The notes under the pieces are model-generated. The model did no database searches and was not told the DNA's origin. It worked only from the letters and a program-made list of their open reading frames with translations. Both the position numbers and the translations under genes were made by a program. From assembly GCA_963663235.2 (NCBI GenBank), contig CAXXNO010000008.1:64001-128000 (forward strand): a stretch of 64,000 nt of DNA, given 5' to 3'. Positions 19,748-29,911 of this stretch are shown here, piece by piece (positions within the stretch are counted from its first letter, which is position 1; each line of letters begins with the position of its first letter). This DNA is from Dehalococcoidia bacterium (GTDB lineage Bacteria; Chloroflexota; Dehalococcoidia; Bin125).

Positions 19748-22671
19748 TGACCGAAGAAGTCCGCCGAACTGATGGCGTTCCCAGTGGCGAGGCGCTGCGG
19801 CGTGGCCCGCCGTTTGACGAGTGGCACGACTGGACGGAGTGGGACTCGCGGGCCTGGCCGCGGCGCAAGGAGCGGCACTATCAAATCGTTCCCACAGTCT
19901 GCTTCAATTGTGAAGCGGGCTGCGGCCTGCTGGCCTTTGTGGACAAGGAGTCCGGCGAGATCGCCAAAATGGAGGGGCATCCGTTGCACCCGGCCAGCCG
20001 CGGCCGCAACTGCGCGAAGGGGCCCGCGACGGTCGCGCAGGTTCACAACCCTGATCGCATCCTGCACCCGCTCCGGCGGGTGGGTCGGCGCGGCGACGGG
20101 CGGTGGCAACGCGTCTCGTGGGAGGAGGTGCTGGACGACCTCGCCGCGCGTATCCGGGCGGAGCTGACCGCCGGCCGCCGCGACACGGTGGTCTATCACG
20201 TGGGCCGGCCCGGCGAAGACCTCTACACCGAGCGGGTGCTGGCCGCATGGGGTGTCGACGGGCACAACTCGCACACCAACGTGTGCTCCGCCTCGGCGCG
20301 CCTGGGCTATGCCCTGTGGATGGGCATGGACCGCCCGACGCCCGATCACGAGCAGGCCCGCTTCATGCTGATGCTCAGCGCTCACCTGGAAGCCGGCCAT
20401 TACTTTAATCCCCAGGCACAACGGATCATCGACTCGCAGATAACCGGGCAAGCCAAGCTCTGTGTCATCGATTTGCGGCTTTCCAATTCCGCGGCCAAGG
20501 CGGACTACTGGCTCTCGCCCTGGCCAGGGACCGAGCCGGCGCTGCTCCTGGCCATCGCCGCCTTCTTGATCCGGGAAGACCGCTGCGACTGGGACTTTGT
20601 GCGGCGTTGGGTGAACTGGCGCGAGTTGCTCGCTGATCGGGACTACCTGTCCGTCTTGCGAGACCGCGGCCTGCTGCGCGACCTGCCCGCCGGAGACACG
20701 TTTGAAGACTTCAAGACGCTGCTGTCCGGCCTGTACGAGCCCTACACCTTCGCTTGGGCGGCCGAGGAGTGCCGCATCGATGCCGACGCGCTTGCGGCCG
20801 TGGCCGCGGAAGTCGGCGCGGCGGGTTCCCGCCTCGCCACGCACGTCTGGCGCAACGCGGCGGCGGGCAATCGCGGCGGCTGGATGGTGGCGCGCTGCCT
20901 CTTCTTGCTCAACGTGCTCACCGGCTCCGTGGGAACGACCGGCGGCACGCTTCCCAATCAGTGGACCAAATTCGTGCCCCGCCCGCCGACGGAGCCGGCG
21001 CCCGTGCAGGCCTGGAACGATCTCCACTGGCCGGCTGAGTACCCCTTGGCCCACTTCGAGCTGAGCTTTCTGCTCCCACATCTGCTCGACAGACAAGACA
21101 AGCAGTTAGCGGTTTATTTCTCCCGCGTGTACAACCCGGTCTGGACCAATCCCGACGGCTTCTCTTGGATTGACATGCTCTCCGATGAGACCCGCATCGG
21201 TGTGCATGCGGCGTTGACGCCGGTGTGGAACGAGACTGCACAGTACGCCGACTACGTCCTGCCGATGGGCCTGGGCCCGGAACGACATGATCTGCACAGC
21301 TACGAGACCCACGCGGCCCAGTGGATCGGCTTCCGACAGCCCGCGCTGCGTGTGGCACGAGAGACACGGGAAGCGGCCCCCGTGAGCACACTCGGATCCA
21401 ATCCGGGCGAAGTCTGGGAGGAAAACGAGTTCTGGATCGAGTTGTCCTGGCGTATCGACCCCGACGGCGCGCTCGGTATTCGTCGTCACTTCGAGTCCCC
21501 TGCTCGTCCGGGCGAGAAGATCACGATCGATGAGTACTACAGTTGGATCTTCGAGAACTCCGTTCCCGGCCTGCCACAGGCTGCGGCGGCGGCAGGCGTC
21601 TCACCGATGCAATATATGCGGTCGCGGGGAGCCTTTGAGGTCACGCGTGATGTTTACGCGCAACACCAGCGCCCTATCGACCCCGGGCTGCTCCGCGACG
21701 CGGTCCAGCACGACGATGCATTCTGGGCTGCGTCGGCTCCGACAAAGGTCAACTACGCACCCTACCCAGGGCCGTTCCGCGATGCGGAAGCACGAGTGCG
21801 CCTCGGTGTGTCCGATGACTCCGGCGCTGCGGTCCAGGGCTTTCCCACCCCGTCGGGACGGCTCGAGTTCTTCTCGCCGACGCTGAAGGAGTGGGGCTGG
21901 CCGGAGCTGGCCGTCCCCATCTACCCCCTCGGGAGCGCTCAGCGGAATGCGATGCCGCAGGTCGTGAGCCAGGTTCATCATTCACGGATCGATGTCGACC
22001 AGAACGAGTATGTGTTGCTCCCCACGTTCCGCCTGCCCACGCTCATCCACAGTCGTACCAACGGAGCCAAATGGCTGCACGAACTTGGGCACGTCAACCC
22101 CGTCTGGCTGCATCCCCAAGATGCGCGGCGGGTCGGCGTCGAGACCGGGGGCCTCGTGCGCGTGGAGACCGCCATCGGCCACTTCGTCGATCGCGTGTGG
22201 GTGACGGAGTCCGTGCGCCCCGGCGTCGTGGCTTGCTCGCATCATCTAGGTCGCTGGCGGCTTCACGAGGATCACGGCAGCGACCGCTGGAACTCGGCCT
22301 TGGTCTCGATCGACCACGAGGGCGATCAGTGGCGCTTGCGTCGTATCCACGGCGCAGGGCCCTTCGCCGGAGATCGCGACTCAGAGCGGATCTGGTGGTC
22401 GGATGGCGGCGTGCATCAGAACCTCACTTTCGCCGTCCAGCCCGACCCGATCAGCGGTCAGCACTGCTGGCACCAGAAGGTGCGGCTTTCCCCAGCCACG
22501 GAGGGGCAGTACAGCGATATCGCGGTGGACACCGAGAAATCGCGCTCTATCTTCGAGGAATGGCTGGACCTGACCCGGCCGGCCTCGGACCAGCCCCAGC
22601 GGCGGCCGTATTGGATGCTCCGCCCCCTCAAACCGCACCCGGACGCCTATCGTCGCTCCGCACAGGCGTAG
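19744..22671 (+). CDS. Molybdopterin (DMSO reductase family) oxidoreductase catalytic subunit, no Tat signal
   Basis: CFNCEAGC...CAKG Fe-S motif, HTNVCS putative Mo-ligating Cys, C-terminal HP.DA...G dinucleotide-binding domain. Confidence 0.88.
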   Translation: MMTEEVRRTDGVPSGEALRRGPPFDEWHDWTEWDSRAWPRRKERHYQIVPTVCFNCEAGCGLLAFVDKESGEIAKMEGHPLHPASRGRNCAKGPATVAQVHNPDRILHPLRRVGRRGDGRWQRVSWEEVLDDLAARIRAELTAGRRDTVVYHVGRPGEDLYTERVLAAWGVDGHNSHTNVCSASARLGYALWMGMDRPTPDHEQARFMLMLSAHLEAGHYFNPQAQRIIDSQITGQAKLCVIDLRLSNSAAKADYWLSPWPGTEPALLLAIAAFLIREDRCDWDFVRRWVNWRELLADRDYLSVLRDRGLLRDLPAGDTFEDFKTLLSGLYEPYTFAWAAEECRIDADALAAVAAEVGAAGSRLATHVWRNAAAGNRGGWMVARCLFLLNVLTGSVGTTGGTLPNQWTKFVPRPPTEPAPVQAWNDLHWPAEYPLAHFELSFLLPHLLDRQDKQLAVYFSRVYNPVWTNPDGFSWIDMLSDETRIGVHAALTPVWNETAQYADYVLPMGLGPERHDLHSYETHAAQWIGFRQPALRVARETREAAPVSTLGSNPGEVWEENEFWIELSWRIDPDGALGIRRHFESPARPGEKITIDEYYSWIFENSVPGLPQAAAAAGVSPMQYMRSRGAFEVTRDVYAQHQRPIDPGLLRDAVQHDDAFWAASAPTKVNYAPYPGPFRDAEARVRLGVSDDSGAAVQGFPTPSGRLEFFSPTLKEWGWPELAVPIYPLGSAQRNAMPQVVSQVHHSRIDVDQNEYVLLPTFRLPTLIHSRTNGAKWLHELGHVNPVWLHPQDARRVGVETGGLVRVETAIGHFVDRVWVTESVRPGVVACSHHLGRWRLHEDHGSDRWNSALVSIDHEGDQWRLRRIHGAGPFAGDRDSERIWWSDGGVHQNLTFAVQPDPISGQHCWHQKVRLSPATEGQYSDIAVDTEKSRSIFEEWLDLTRPASDQPQRRPYWMLRPLKPHPDAYRRSAQA

Positions 22672-22784
22672 CCAGTGCAACGGCTTCCGCAGATCGACCG
22701 GTCCTGTAGACTTGCGCCGAGCGCCACACGTGACTGGGCGGCGTTTGGCCGGTCGCGAGCGCTCATTCCACAAGGAGATCGCCG

Positions 22785-24179
22785 ATATTTCTCAAGCAGT
22801 TCTATCTGGGCTGTCTGGCGCATGCCTCGTACATGATCGGCGACGAAGAGAGCCGCGCCGCGGTCATCGTCGATCCCCGGCGAGACATCGATGAGTATTT
22901 GGCCGAGGCCGATGCTCGTGGACTCCGGATCGAGCGTGTGATCCTGACGCATTTCCACGCAGACTTCGTTGCCGGCCACATCGAGCTCCGGGATCGGGTG
23001 GGCGCCGAGATCTTTCTGGGCGCGAAGGCGGAAGCCGACTATGCCTTCACCCGGCTCTACGACGGCGACATCATTGAGTTCGGCAAGACAAAGCTTCAGG
23101 CCTTAGAGACGCCGGGACACACACCCGAGGGCATCTCGATCCTCGTGTTCGATCTCGAGAAGGACACCGAGGAACCCCACGCCGTGCTCACCGGCGATAC
23201 CCTCTTCATCGGCGATGTGGGCCGGCCGGATCTGATGGCCTCCGTAGGCGTCAGTGCAGAGCAACTGGCGCACATGCTCTACGACTCGTTGCACCAGAAG
23301 CTCTTACCCCTTCCTGACGAAACGATCGTCTATCCGGCCCACGGCGCCGGCTCGCTCTGCGGCAAGAGCCTGAGTACGGATACCTCCTCCACGATGGGAG
23401 TGCAGCGTCAGTACAACTACGCCCTCCAGCCCATGAGCAGGGAAGAGTTCGTACGCCTCGTGACCGTTGACCAGTCCGAGGTGCCCGCCTACTTCTCCTA
23501 CGATGCGGACCTCAACCGCCGAGAGCGGCCCACGCTTGATAGCGCGCTGGAGTCCGAGCTCATCCCTCTCTCTTTGGAGGAAGTGCTCCGCATGAAGAAC
23601 GCCGGCGCGCAGGTGATTGATGTGCGCGATCCCGGTGAGTTCGCGGCCGCCCACCTCGTTGACACGATGGAGCTCGGCCTCGGCGGCCAGTACGCCACTT
23701 GGGCTGGGACGCTCCTCAGTCGAGAACGTCCGATCGTCATCATCGCGGAGCCGGGCCGGGAGGAAGAGGCGGCGATCCGCCTTGGGCGCGTCGGCTTCGA
23801 CAACATGGCCGGCTATCTGGACGGCGGCATGGGCGCCGTTCAGGCGCAGCCGGACCTGATCGAACGCTTTGAGCGTCTGGCTCCCGCAACCCTGGCTGAG
23901 CGCCTCCACGACCCGGCCCCATCGTTTCTCCTGGACGTGCGGCGCGAATCCGAGTACGAGATGAGTCGTATCGAGGGAAGCCTGAATATCCCGCTGAGCC
24001 ACTTGGACGAACGAGTGAACGAATTGCCCCGCGACCGCGAGATCGTCATCTACTGTGCGGGCGGCTATCGCTCGGCCATCGCGGCGAGCCTGTTAATGCA
24101 GCACGGCTTGCGGAAGGTCTCGGACCTGGTCGGTGGCTTCAAGGCTTGGGATGCAACCGTGGTGACGCCAACGGCATGA
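22785..24179 (+). CDS. MBL-fold hydrolase with two rhodanese domains (persulfide dioxygenase-like); apparent ATA start
   Basis: QFYLGCLAHASY, THFHADF, TPGHTPE, TGDTLFIGDVGRPD, YPAHGAGS.CG, YCAGGYRS. Confidence 0.88.
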   Translation: MFLKQFYLGCLAHASYMIGDEESRAAVIVDPRRDIDEYLAEADARGLRIERVILTHFHADFVAGHIELRDRVGAEIFLGAKAEADYAFTRLYDGDIIEFGKTKLQALETPGHTPEGISILVFDLEKDTEEPHAVLTGDTLFIGDVGRPDLMASVGVSAEQLAHMLYDSLHQKLLPLPDETIVYPAHGAGSLCGKSLSTDTSSTMGVQRQYNYALQPMSREEFVRLVTVDQSEVPAYFSYDADLNRRERPTLDSALESELIPLSLEEVLRMKNAGAQVIDVRDPGEFAAAHLVDTMELGLGGQYATWAGTLLSRERPIVIIAEPGREEEAAIRLGRVGFDNMAGYLDGGMGAVQAQPDLIERFERLAPATLAERLHDPAPSFLLDVRRESEYEMSRIEGSLNIPLSHLDERVNELPRDREIVIYCAGGYRSAIAASLLMQHGLRKVSDLVGGFKAWDATVVTPTA

Positions 24180-24229
24180 CGGTGGCGAAGGGCGCCTCCA
24201 GGCTGCGCCCGCTACCGCACTTCCGAAAG

Positions 24230-25168
24230 TCAGTCGAACATCTTGGCGACGCGCATGATCGCGTCGGGTTGATCCGGGCTCGTGTAGAGCGTCGACACGG
24301 TGAGCGTGACTCCCGCGGCCTGCCATGCCTCGACCTTGTCGCGGATCTGCGGCACGGAGCCGAAAATGCCGATGTCGTCGGCCATCCGCTCGGAGATCGA
24401 CGCGTCGATCGCAGCGGTGTCGTCCGCCTCGACGGCGGCCATGCCCCGCCGCGCCTCCTCCTCGTAGCCCGCTTCGATGAAGAACGATGTGTAGTTGGGT
24501 AGCCGCATGTGGAGCCCTAGGAAGCGTCGCACGAACGCCAGTCCTTCGTCGCGGTCGTTGGTGATCCAGATCGGGGCGATGTTCTCTAGGCGGAAGGTGT
24601 CGCGCTTCGCGGCCGGGATCTCTTTCCGTAACTCGGGCACGTGTGAGAGCGGCCAGTTGCCCCCAAGCGCACCCTCGGCGATCTCGCCGGCGAGGTGTGT
24701 CATCTTGCGCCGGAGTGCTCCGATGAGGATAGGCGGCAGCGGCTGGCGGGGCGCGGCGGCGTGGATTCGCTCCACGTAGTCGCGCATGTGTGCCAGCGGC
24801 TTCTGCGGCTGGATCCCGAAGCGCTTGAGGATCGCGTCGTGGCTCGTGCCGAGGCCCAGCAGGTAGCGCCCATCGCTGATCTCGTGATTGAAGGACGCAG
24901 CGCCCGCCAGGTCCGCGGGATGGCGCATATAGGTAACCGTGATCCCGCTCTCGACGATGAGCGTGCTCGTCGCTTGAAGGATCGCCGTGCAGAGGCTGAG
25001 GCTGTCGTAGACCTCGGAGATGCCGGAGATCCAATCCCCTTGTGGCACGGCGTAGTCGTAGGGGCAGATGACGCGCGGGAAGCCGCGCCGTTCCAACTCC
25101 TGGGCCACCTTGATGGCGGCCTTGCGGTCACCCGGCTCCGCGAACAGCAGCATCCCGGGCTTGGGCAT
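24230..25168 (-). CDS. LLM-class flavin-dependent oxidoreductase
   Basis: RHP...A, SDGRYLLGLG, LPPILIGA, LAGEIAEG. Confidence 0.85.
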   Translation of the reverse strand: MPKPGMLLFAEPGDRKAAIKVAQELERRGFPRVICPYDYAVPQGDWISGISEVYDSLSLCTAILQATSTLIVESGITVTYMRHPADLAGAASFNHEISDGRYLLGLGTSHDAILKRFGIQPQKPLAHMRDYVERIHAAAPRQPLPPILIGALRRKMTHLAGEIAEGALGGNWPLSHVPELRKEIPAAKRDTFRLENIAPIWITNDRDEGLAFVRRFLGLHMRLPNYTSFFIEAGYEEEARRGMAAVEADDTAAIDASISERMADDIGIFGSVPQIRDKVEAWQAAGVTLTVSTLYTSPDQPDAIMRVAKMFD

Positions 25169-25274
25169 CGTGCGGTCCCTTCAGGTTCGCGGCGTCCGGC
25201 AGGGTAGCACTCTTATCTCTCCGGTGGCCGGACGGCCGAGGTCTTGTCGCTTGCCTCGCACCTGTTTCCGGCGG

Positions 25275-25575
25275 CCACCCGGGTACTTCCCGATGATCCG
25301 CGAGATTTTTGATCGGTACGGGCTGCTCATCGTTGCCGACGAGGTGATGACCGGAACGGCCGCACAGCGCGCTGGTTCGCCATGGAGCACTGGGATGTCC
25401 TCGCCGCGCACATCGCCATGCCGCGTTCGAGCGTGGACTCATCGTTTACCCTTGCATCGGCATCGCGGCCGGGTGCAGGGTGACGCCGTTCTTATCGGCC
25501 CCCCACTCAACGTCACCTACGATGAGTTGGACGCCCTCGTGGCGAGGCTGTCCGAGGCCATCGGCTCGATCGCGG
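25275..25575 (+). pseudogene. Internally deleted class III aminotransferase remnant (boundaries approximate)
   Basis: PPGYFPMIREIFDRYGLLIVADEVMTG and GDAVLIGPPLNVTYDELDALV only about 130 nt apart; PLP-Lys region missing. Confidence 0.7.
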
Positions 25576-25639
25576 CGGAAGCCGCGCCCGCGGTGAGGCT
25601 CGGAGGCCGGGCCGCCTGGGGTGGGAAGGAGGCGACGGG

Positions 25640-27019
25640 ATGACCTCTGCTGCCGACGCGCTCAGGGACGAGGTTGAGCAGGGCTACCGGCGGCGAACCC
25701 CGACTTCGGCGCGTCTCTACGAGCAGGCACGCGAGTCCTTTCCCGGCGGCGACACGCGGCAGACGGTGTTCTTCAAGCCTTACCCGCTCTTCCTGGACGG
25801 CGGCGCTGGCGCGTACGTCGAGGATGCGGACGGCAATCGCCTGCTCGACTGCTCGAACTGCTGGTCCGCCCAGATCCTCGGGTACGCAAACCCCGCCGTC
25901 GTCGATGCCGTGACGCAGCAGCTGGGTCGTGGCACGGCGTTCAACGCGGCGAACCGGCCGGCGTTGGAACTGGCAGAGACGCTGCGCGAGCGGCTGCCCT
26001 CCCTCGAATCTATTCGCTTCACCAACACCGGCAGCGAGGCGACGATGCTTGCGGTCCGCGCGGCCCGCGCGTTCACCAGCCGGCGCGATGTCGTGAAGAT
26101 GGTCGGCGCCTATCACGGCGCGCACGACGACTGGCTGGTGGCCGGCGGGCGGCCGCAGCTCGGCCTGATTCCCGGCGTCGCCGACCATGTGCTGGAAGTC
26201 CCCTTCAACGATAAAGACGAGATTGCTCGCCTGCTCGACGAGCGGGGCGACGATATCGCGGCCGTGATCGTTGAGGGGATCATGGGCGTCGCCGGAATGC
26301 TCCCGCCGCTCAACGACTACTTCTTGCACCTACGCGCCGAGACGGCGCGCCGTGGAGTCGTGCTCATCCTGGACGAAGTGATCTCGTTCCGGCTCGCCGG
26401 CGGGGGCGCGCAAGAGATCTACGGCCTGCGGCCGGACCTCACAGCGTTGGGCAAGATCATCGGGGGTGGCTTCCCGGTGGGTGCCTTCGGCGGGAGACGG
26501 GACCTGATGGAGCAGTTCTCACCGCTCAATCCTGAACACCTCAGCCACAGCGGCACGTTCAACGCGAACCCTGTCTCGATGGTCGCCGGTCTCGCGACCT
26601 TGAGGGAACTGGATGCCGATACGATCGCCTACGTCAATCGACTCGGCGAGCGCTTCGCGGATGGAGTGCGGCGGGTCGCCGATGAGCAGAATGCTCCCTT
26701 GAAGGTGACGGGGGTAGGGTCGCTGCGCAACCTGCATTTTGCTGCCAGACCGCCGCGCGACGCGTTAGAAGCATCGCGCGTGGACAAGGCGCTGCTCCAC
26801 CTCCTCCATCTGAAACTCATCACGCTCGGGATCCTCACCGTGGCCCGCGGCATGTACGCCTTCTCCACGGTCACGACTCCAGATGAGGTGGACGGGGTCG
26901 TCGAGCGGATCGGCGAGGCGCTGCGCTGGCTGCAGCCCGCCATTAAGGAGCGGGCGGCGGTTTTGTCACGGGGGAAGGGGCCGTCGCCGGATAGCCCCTC
27001 GCTCAGATATTCGGCGTAG
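25640..27019 (+). CDS. Class III aminotransferase (GSA-aminomutase-like)
   Basis: RFTNTGSEAT, YHG, DEVISFR, GKIIGGGFPVGAFGG, HSGTFNANP. Confidence 0.88.
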   Translation: MTSAADALRDEVEQGYRRRTPTSARLYEQARESFPGGDTRQTVFFKPYPLFLDGGAGAYVEDADGNRLLDCSNCWSAQILGYANPAVVDAVTQQLGRGTAFNAANRPALELAETLRERLPSLESIRFTNTGSEATMLAVRAARAFTSRRDVVKMVGAYHGAHDDWLVAGGRPQLGLIPGVADHVLEVPFNDKDEIARLLDERGDDIAAVIVEGIMGVAGMLPPLNDYFLHLRAETARRGVVLILDEVISFRLAGGGAQEIYGLRPDLTALGKIIGGGFPVGAFGGRRDLMEQFSPLNPEHLSHSGTFNANPVSMVAGLATLRELDADTIAYVNRLGERFADGVRRVADEQNAPLKVTGVGSLRNLHFAARPPRDALEASRVDKALLHLLHLKLITLGILTVARGMYAFSTVTTPDEVDGVVERIGEALRWLQPAIKERAAVLSRGKGPSPDSPSLRYSA

Positions 27020-27101
27020 CGCAGCTTCGGTCGCCGGATCGCCTCAATGTCTCCAGCCGCTGGACCTGTTCTTCGAGCAGAGACATTGTGTTCATCCTGC
27101 G

Positions 27102-28535
27102 TCATACCACCGGTCCGGAGAGCACCTCTTCATGAACCCTGCGCCGGAGCCACTGGCCGTCCGTGGGGCTGCCGAGCAGCGCCCCATCCTCCACAATCAC
27201 CTTGCCCCGCAGGATGGTCATCACCGGATAACCGTGACAGCTGAAGCCCTCCCAGATGCTGTAGTCGGAGTCGGCGTGGAGGTCGCCGAGGGTGATGGTC
27301 TTCTCTAGGGCGGGATCGAGGAGCATGAGGTCCGCGTCGGCGCCCGGCAGGATCGCTCCCTTGCGTGGGTAAAGACCGAGAATCTTCGCTGCGTTCGTCG
27401 CTGTGATCGCGGCGAAGCGATCGAGCGACATTCCCCGCTCTACCACGAACTTGGTGTAGGCCACCGGGACGCGCGTCTCGATCCCGTTGTGTCCGCCACA
27501 GACGGTCTCGATCGTCTTCCCGTAGAGCTTGACGTCCTTCGTCGTGGTGTATTCGTCCGTGGCCAGGGTCGACAGTCGACCGTCCAGCAGCGCCTCGATC
27601 AAAGTGTCCCGGTCCTCCGCCGACTTGATGGCCGGGTAAGTGTGGATCGCGGTGCCCTCGGGTTTGCGGTAGTCGTCGCTGGTAAAGTGGAGATAGTTGT
27701 GCAGCGCTTCCCCGTAGACCGGCAGGCCGTCGCTCCGCGCTTCCCCGATCGCCTGCACTCCCTCCGCGGCCGTGGTGTGCAGGAAGTTGATGGCAGCGCC
27801 CGTGTGTGTGGCTAGCTGGATCACTGTCCGGAAGGCGATGTCCTCGGAAAGGTTGTTGTGCACTAGATGCAGGTTGTACCCCTGGTCTCGACCTTGCCGC
27901 TTGAGCGTCTCCGTCATGTGTCGAACGATGTCGTCATCTTCGCCGTGCACGACCATGATGCCGCCGTGTCTCGCCACCTTCGCAAACACGACCGCCAGGT
28001 GTCCGTGCGGCACTCGTGTGCGACCAAACGTCGTGAAGACCTTGAAACTCGCGTTGCCCTCTTGAACAGCCTCTTCGATTTGCTCCACGGTCTCCGGCGC
28101 CACCTCCCCGGTCAGGATGTAGTGGAAGGCGAAGTCTGTGTAGCAATGGCCGGCGAACGTCCCTCGGCGCCGCTCGATGTCCTCAACGATCGTTGTAGTC
28201 GGCAGCCCCTCGGACCGGCGCGGCCGGCTGGCGAAATCAACGACCGTCGTCACTCCGCCGAACACGGCGGCGCGGCTGGCGGCCTCCGATGACTGGGTGT
28301 AGACATCGCGGCGGCCGGCCCAGGCCTCCGCCACCAGTTCACCGATGTGCGCGTGTGGCTCGATCGCTCCCGGGAGAACGATCTTGCCCGTCGCCTCGAT
28401 TACCCGTGCGGCGTCGCCTGTCTCGACGCCCGACTCGGAGACGGTCGCAATGCGGCCGTCTTTGATCCCCACATCGAGCTCCGCGACCGTTCCCGGTGTC
28501 ACAACCCGTCCACCGCGGACGATGAGATCCAGCAT
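27102..28535 (-). CDS. Cyclic amidohydrolase (dihydropyrimidinase/hydantoinase-like)
   Basis: PGAIEPHAH, GGVTT, SFKVF, NAAKILGLYPRKGAILPGADAD. Confidence 0.85.
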   Translation of the reverse strand: MLDLIVRGGRVVTPGTVAELDVGIKDGRIATVSESGVETGDAARVIEATGKIVLPGAIEPHAHIGELVAEAWAGRRDVYTQSSEAASRAAVFGGVTTVVDFASRPRRSEGLPTTTIVEDIERRRGTFAGHCYTDFAFHYILTGEVAPETVEQIEEAVQEGNASFKVFTTFGRTRVPHGHLAVVFAKVARHGGIMVVHGEDDDIVRHMTETLKRQGRDQGYNLHLVHNNLSEDIAFRTVIQLATHTGAAINFLHTTAAEGVQAIGEARSDGLPVYGEALHNYLHFTSDDYRKPEGTAIHTYPAIKSAEDRDTLIEALLDGRLSTLATDEYTTTKDVKLYGKTIETVCGGHNGIETRVPVAYTKFVVERGMSLDRFAAITATNAAKILGLYPRKGAILPGADADLMLLDPALEKTITLGDLHADSDYSIWEGFSCHGYPVMTILRGKVIVEDGALLGSPTDGQWLRRRVHEEVLSGPVV

Positions 28536-28667
28536 GGCGCCGCCTCTCTGGGATCTGCCGGGCCTGACAGAGGATACGCTCCCCTTGCCGCCCTGTGGGC
28601 AGGACGCTATCGTCGGGAATCAACGGGCCGCGTCGCATTCATGACGCCTGAGCAAGGGAGCTGTGTC

Positions 28668-29861
28668 ATGGCTACGGCTGTCGTCGATCGTATCCGCGTG
28701 ATCGACGTGGACACTCACATCTCGGAGCCCGAGGATCTCTGGACATCCCGGCTCTCGGCGAAGAAGTGGGGCGACAAGATTCCGCGCGTCGTGCCGGATC
28801 CCCGCGGTCCGCGCCAGGATAGCGGTCAGATCGACGACATGTGGATCTGGAACGGCCACCGGGTAATGGCCACCGCGCTGCTGGCCTATGCCGGACACGA
28901 TAGCCCCTTCCCCTCCCACCCGCCGACCCTGGCCGACGCCCACCCCGCTTCCTACCAGGCGTCGGCCCGCCTCAAGCTCCTGGACGAGGTGGGGCTGCAC
29001 GCCCAAGTCATATACCCGAACGTCTGCGGCTTCGGCGCGGGCGGTTTCCTCACGCTCGAGGATCCCGAGCTCATGCTGGAGGCTTGCCGCGCCTATAACG
29101 ACTTCCTGACCGAGTGGTGCGACGCTGATCCGCAGCGGCTGATCCCGATCTGCGCGCTGCCCTTCTGGGACGTCGATGCGGCGGTGAAGGAGATCGAACG
29201 CTGCGCCAAGATGGGGCATAAAGGAGTGCTCTTCGGCGCCCGTACCGAGACGTTCGGCCTCCCCTGGCTCGCCGACCCGCACTGGGATCCGGTCTGGGCC
29301 GCGGCGCAAGATCTGGGTCTGCCCGTCAACTTCCATATCGCGGGCGGCAATCTGGATCAGCCCGTCGTGTGGCCTGGCCATCATGCCAAGTCGCGCGTGA
29401 TCTCCGGTTCGGTGCTCTTCTTCCTGGACAACGGATTCGCCATTACCGAGGTGATCGTCGGTGGTGTCGCGCATCGCTTCCCTCGACTGAACTTCGTATC
29501 GGTCGAGAGTGGAGTCGGTTGGCTGCCGTTTTTCATCGAGGCGCTGGACTGGCAGTGGAAGAACAACGGCGGCGCCCAGGACCATCCGGAATTCGGCCTC
29601 CTCCCGAGCGAGTACTTCCGTCGGCAGATTTATGGCTGCTTCTGGTTCGAGCAAGAGTCGGCGCGACTGGCGCTGGAGACGTTCCCCGACAACATCATGT
29701 ACGAAACGGACTTCCCCCACCCGACCAGCATGTCACCCGGGCCGGCTTCCGTGGCCGACTCCCCCAACGAGTACATCGAGAAATACCTGAGCGACCTCCC
29801 GGATGATCTACTCCGTGCCGTCCTGCACGACACCGCCGCCAAGGTGTACCACCTCGACTGA
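28668..29861 (+). CDS. Amidohydrolase_2 family protein
   Basis: IDVDTH, RAYND, PVNFH, VESG.GWLP, ETDFPH. Confidence 0.88.
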   Translation: MATAVVDRIRVIDVDTHISEPEDLWTSRLSAKKWGDKIPRVVPDPRGPRQDSGQIDDMWIWNGHRVMATALLAYAGHDSPFPSHPPTLADAHPASYQASARLKLLDEVGLHAQVIYPNVCGFGAGGFLTLEDPELMLEACRAYNDFLTEWCDADPQRLIPICALPFWDVDAAVKEIERCAKMGHKGVLFGARTETFGLPWLADPHWDPVWAAAQDLGLPVNFHIAGGNLDQPVVWPGHHAKSRVISGSVLFFLDNGFAITEVIVGGVAHRFPRLNFVSVESGVGWLPFFIEALDWQWKNNGGAQDHPEFGLLPSEYFRRQIYGCFWFEQESARLALETFPDNIMYETDFPHPTSMSPGPASVADSPNEYIEKYLSDLPDDLLRAVLHDTAAKVYHLD

Positions 29862-29911
29862 CTTCGGGTCGCCGCTGCGTCTGAGCGCGCACGTCTTCAA
29901 GGAGGATTCGC

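Noticed and set aside
25640-27019. Assignment as hemL
   Set aside because: No tetrapyrrole context and divergent N-terminal motifs; left at family level
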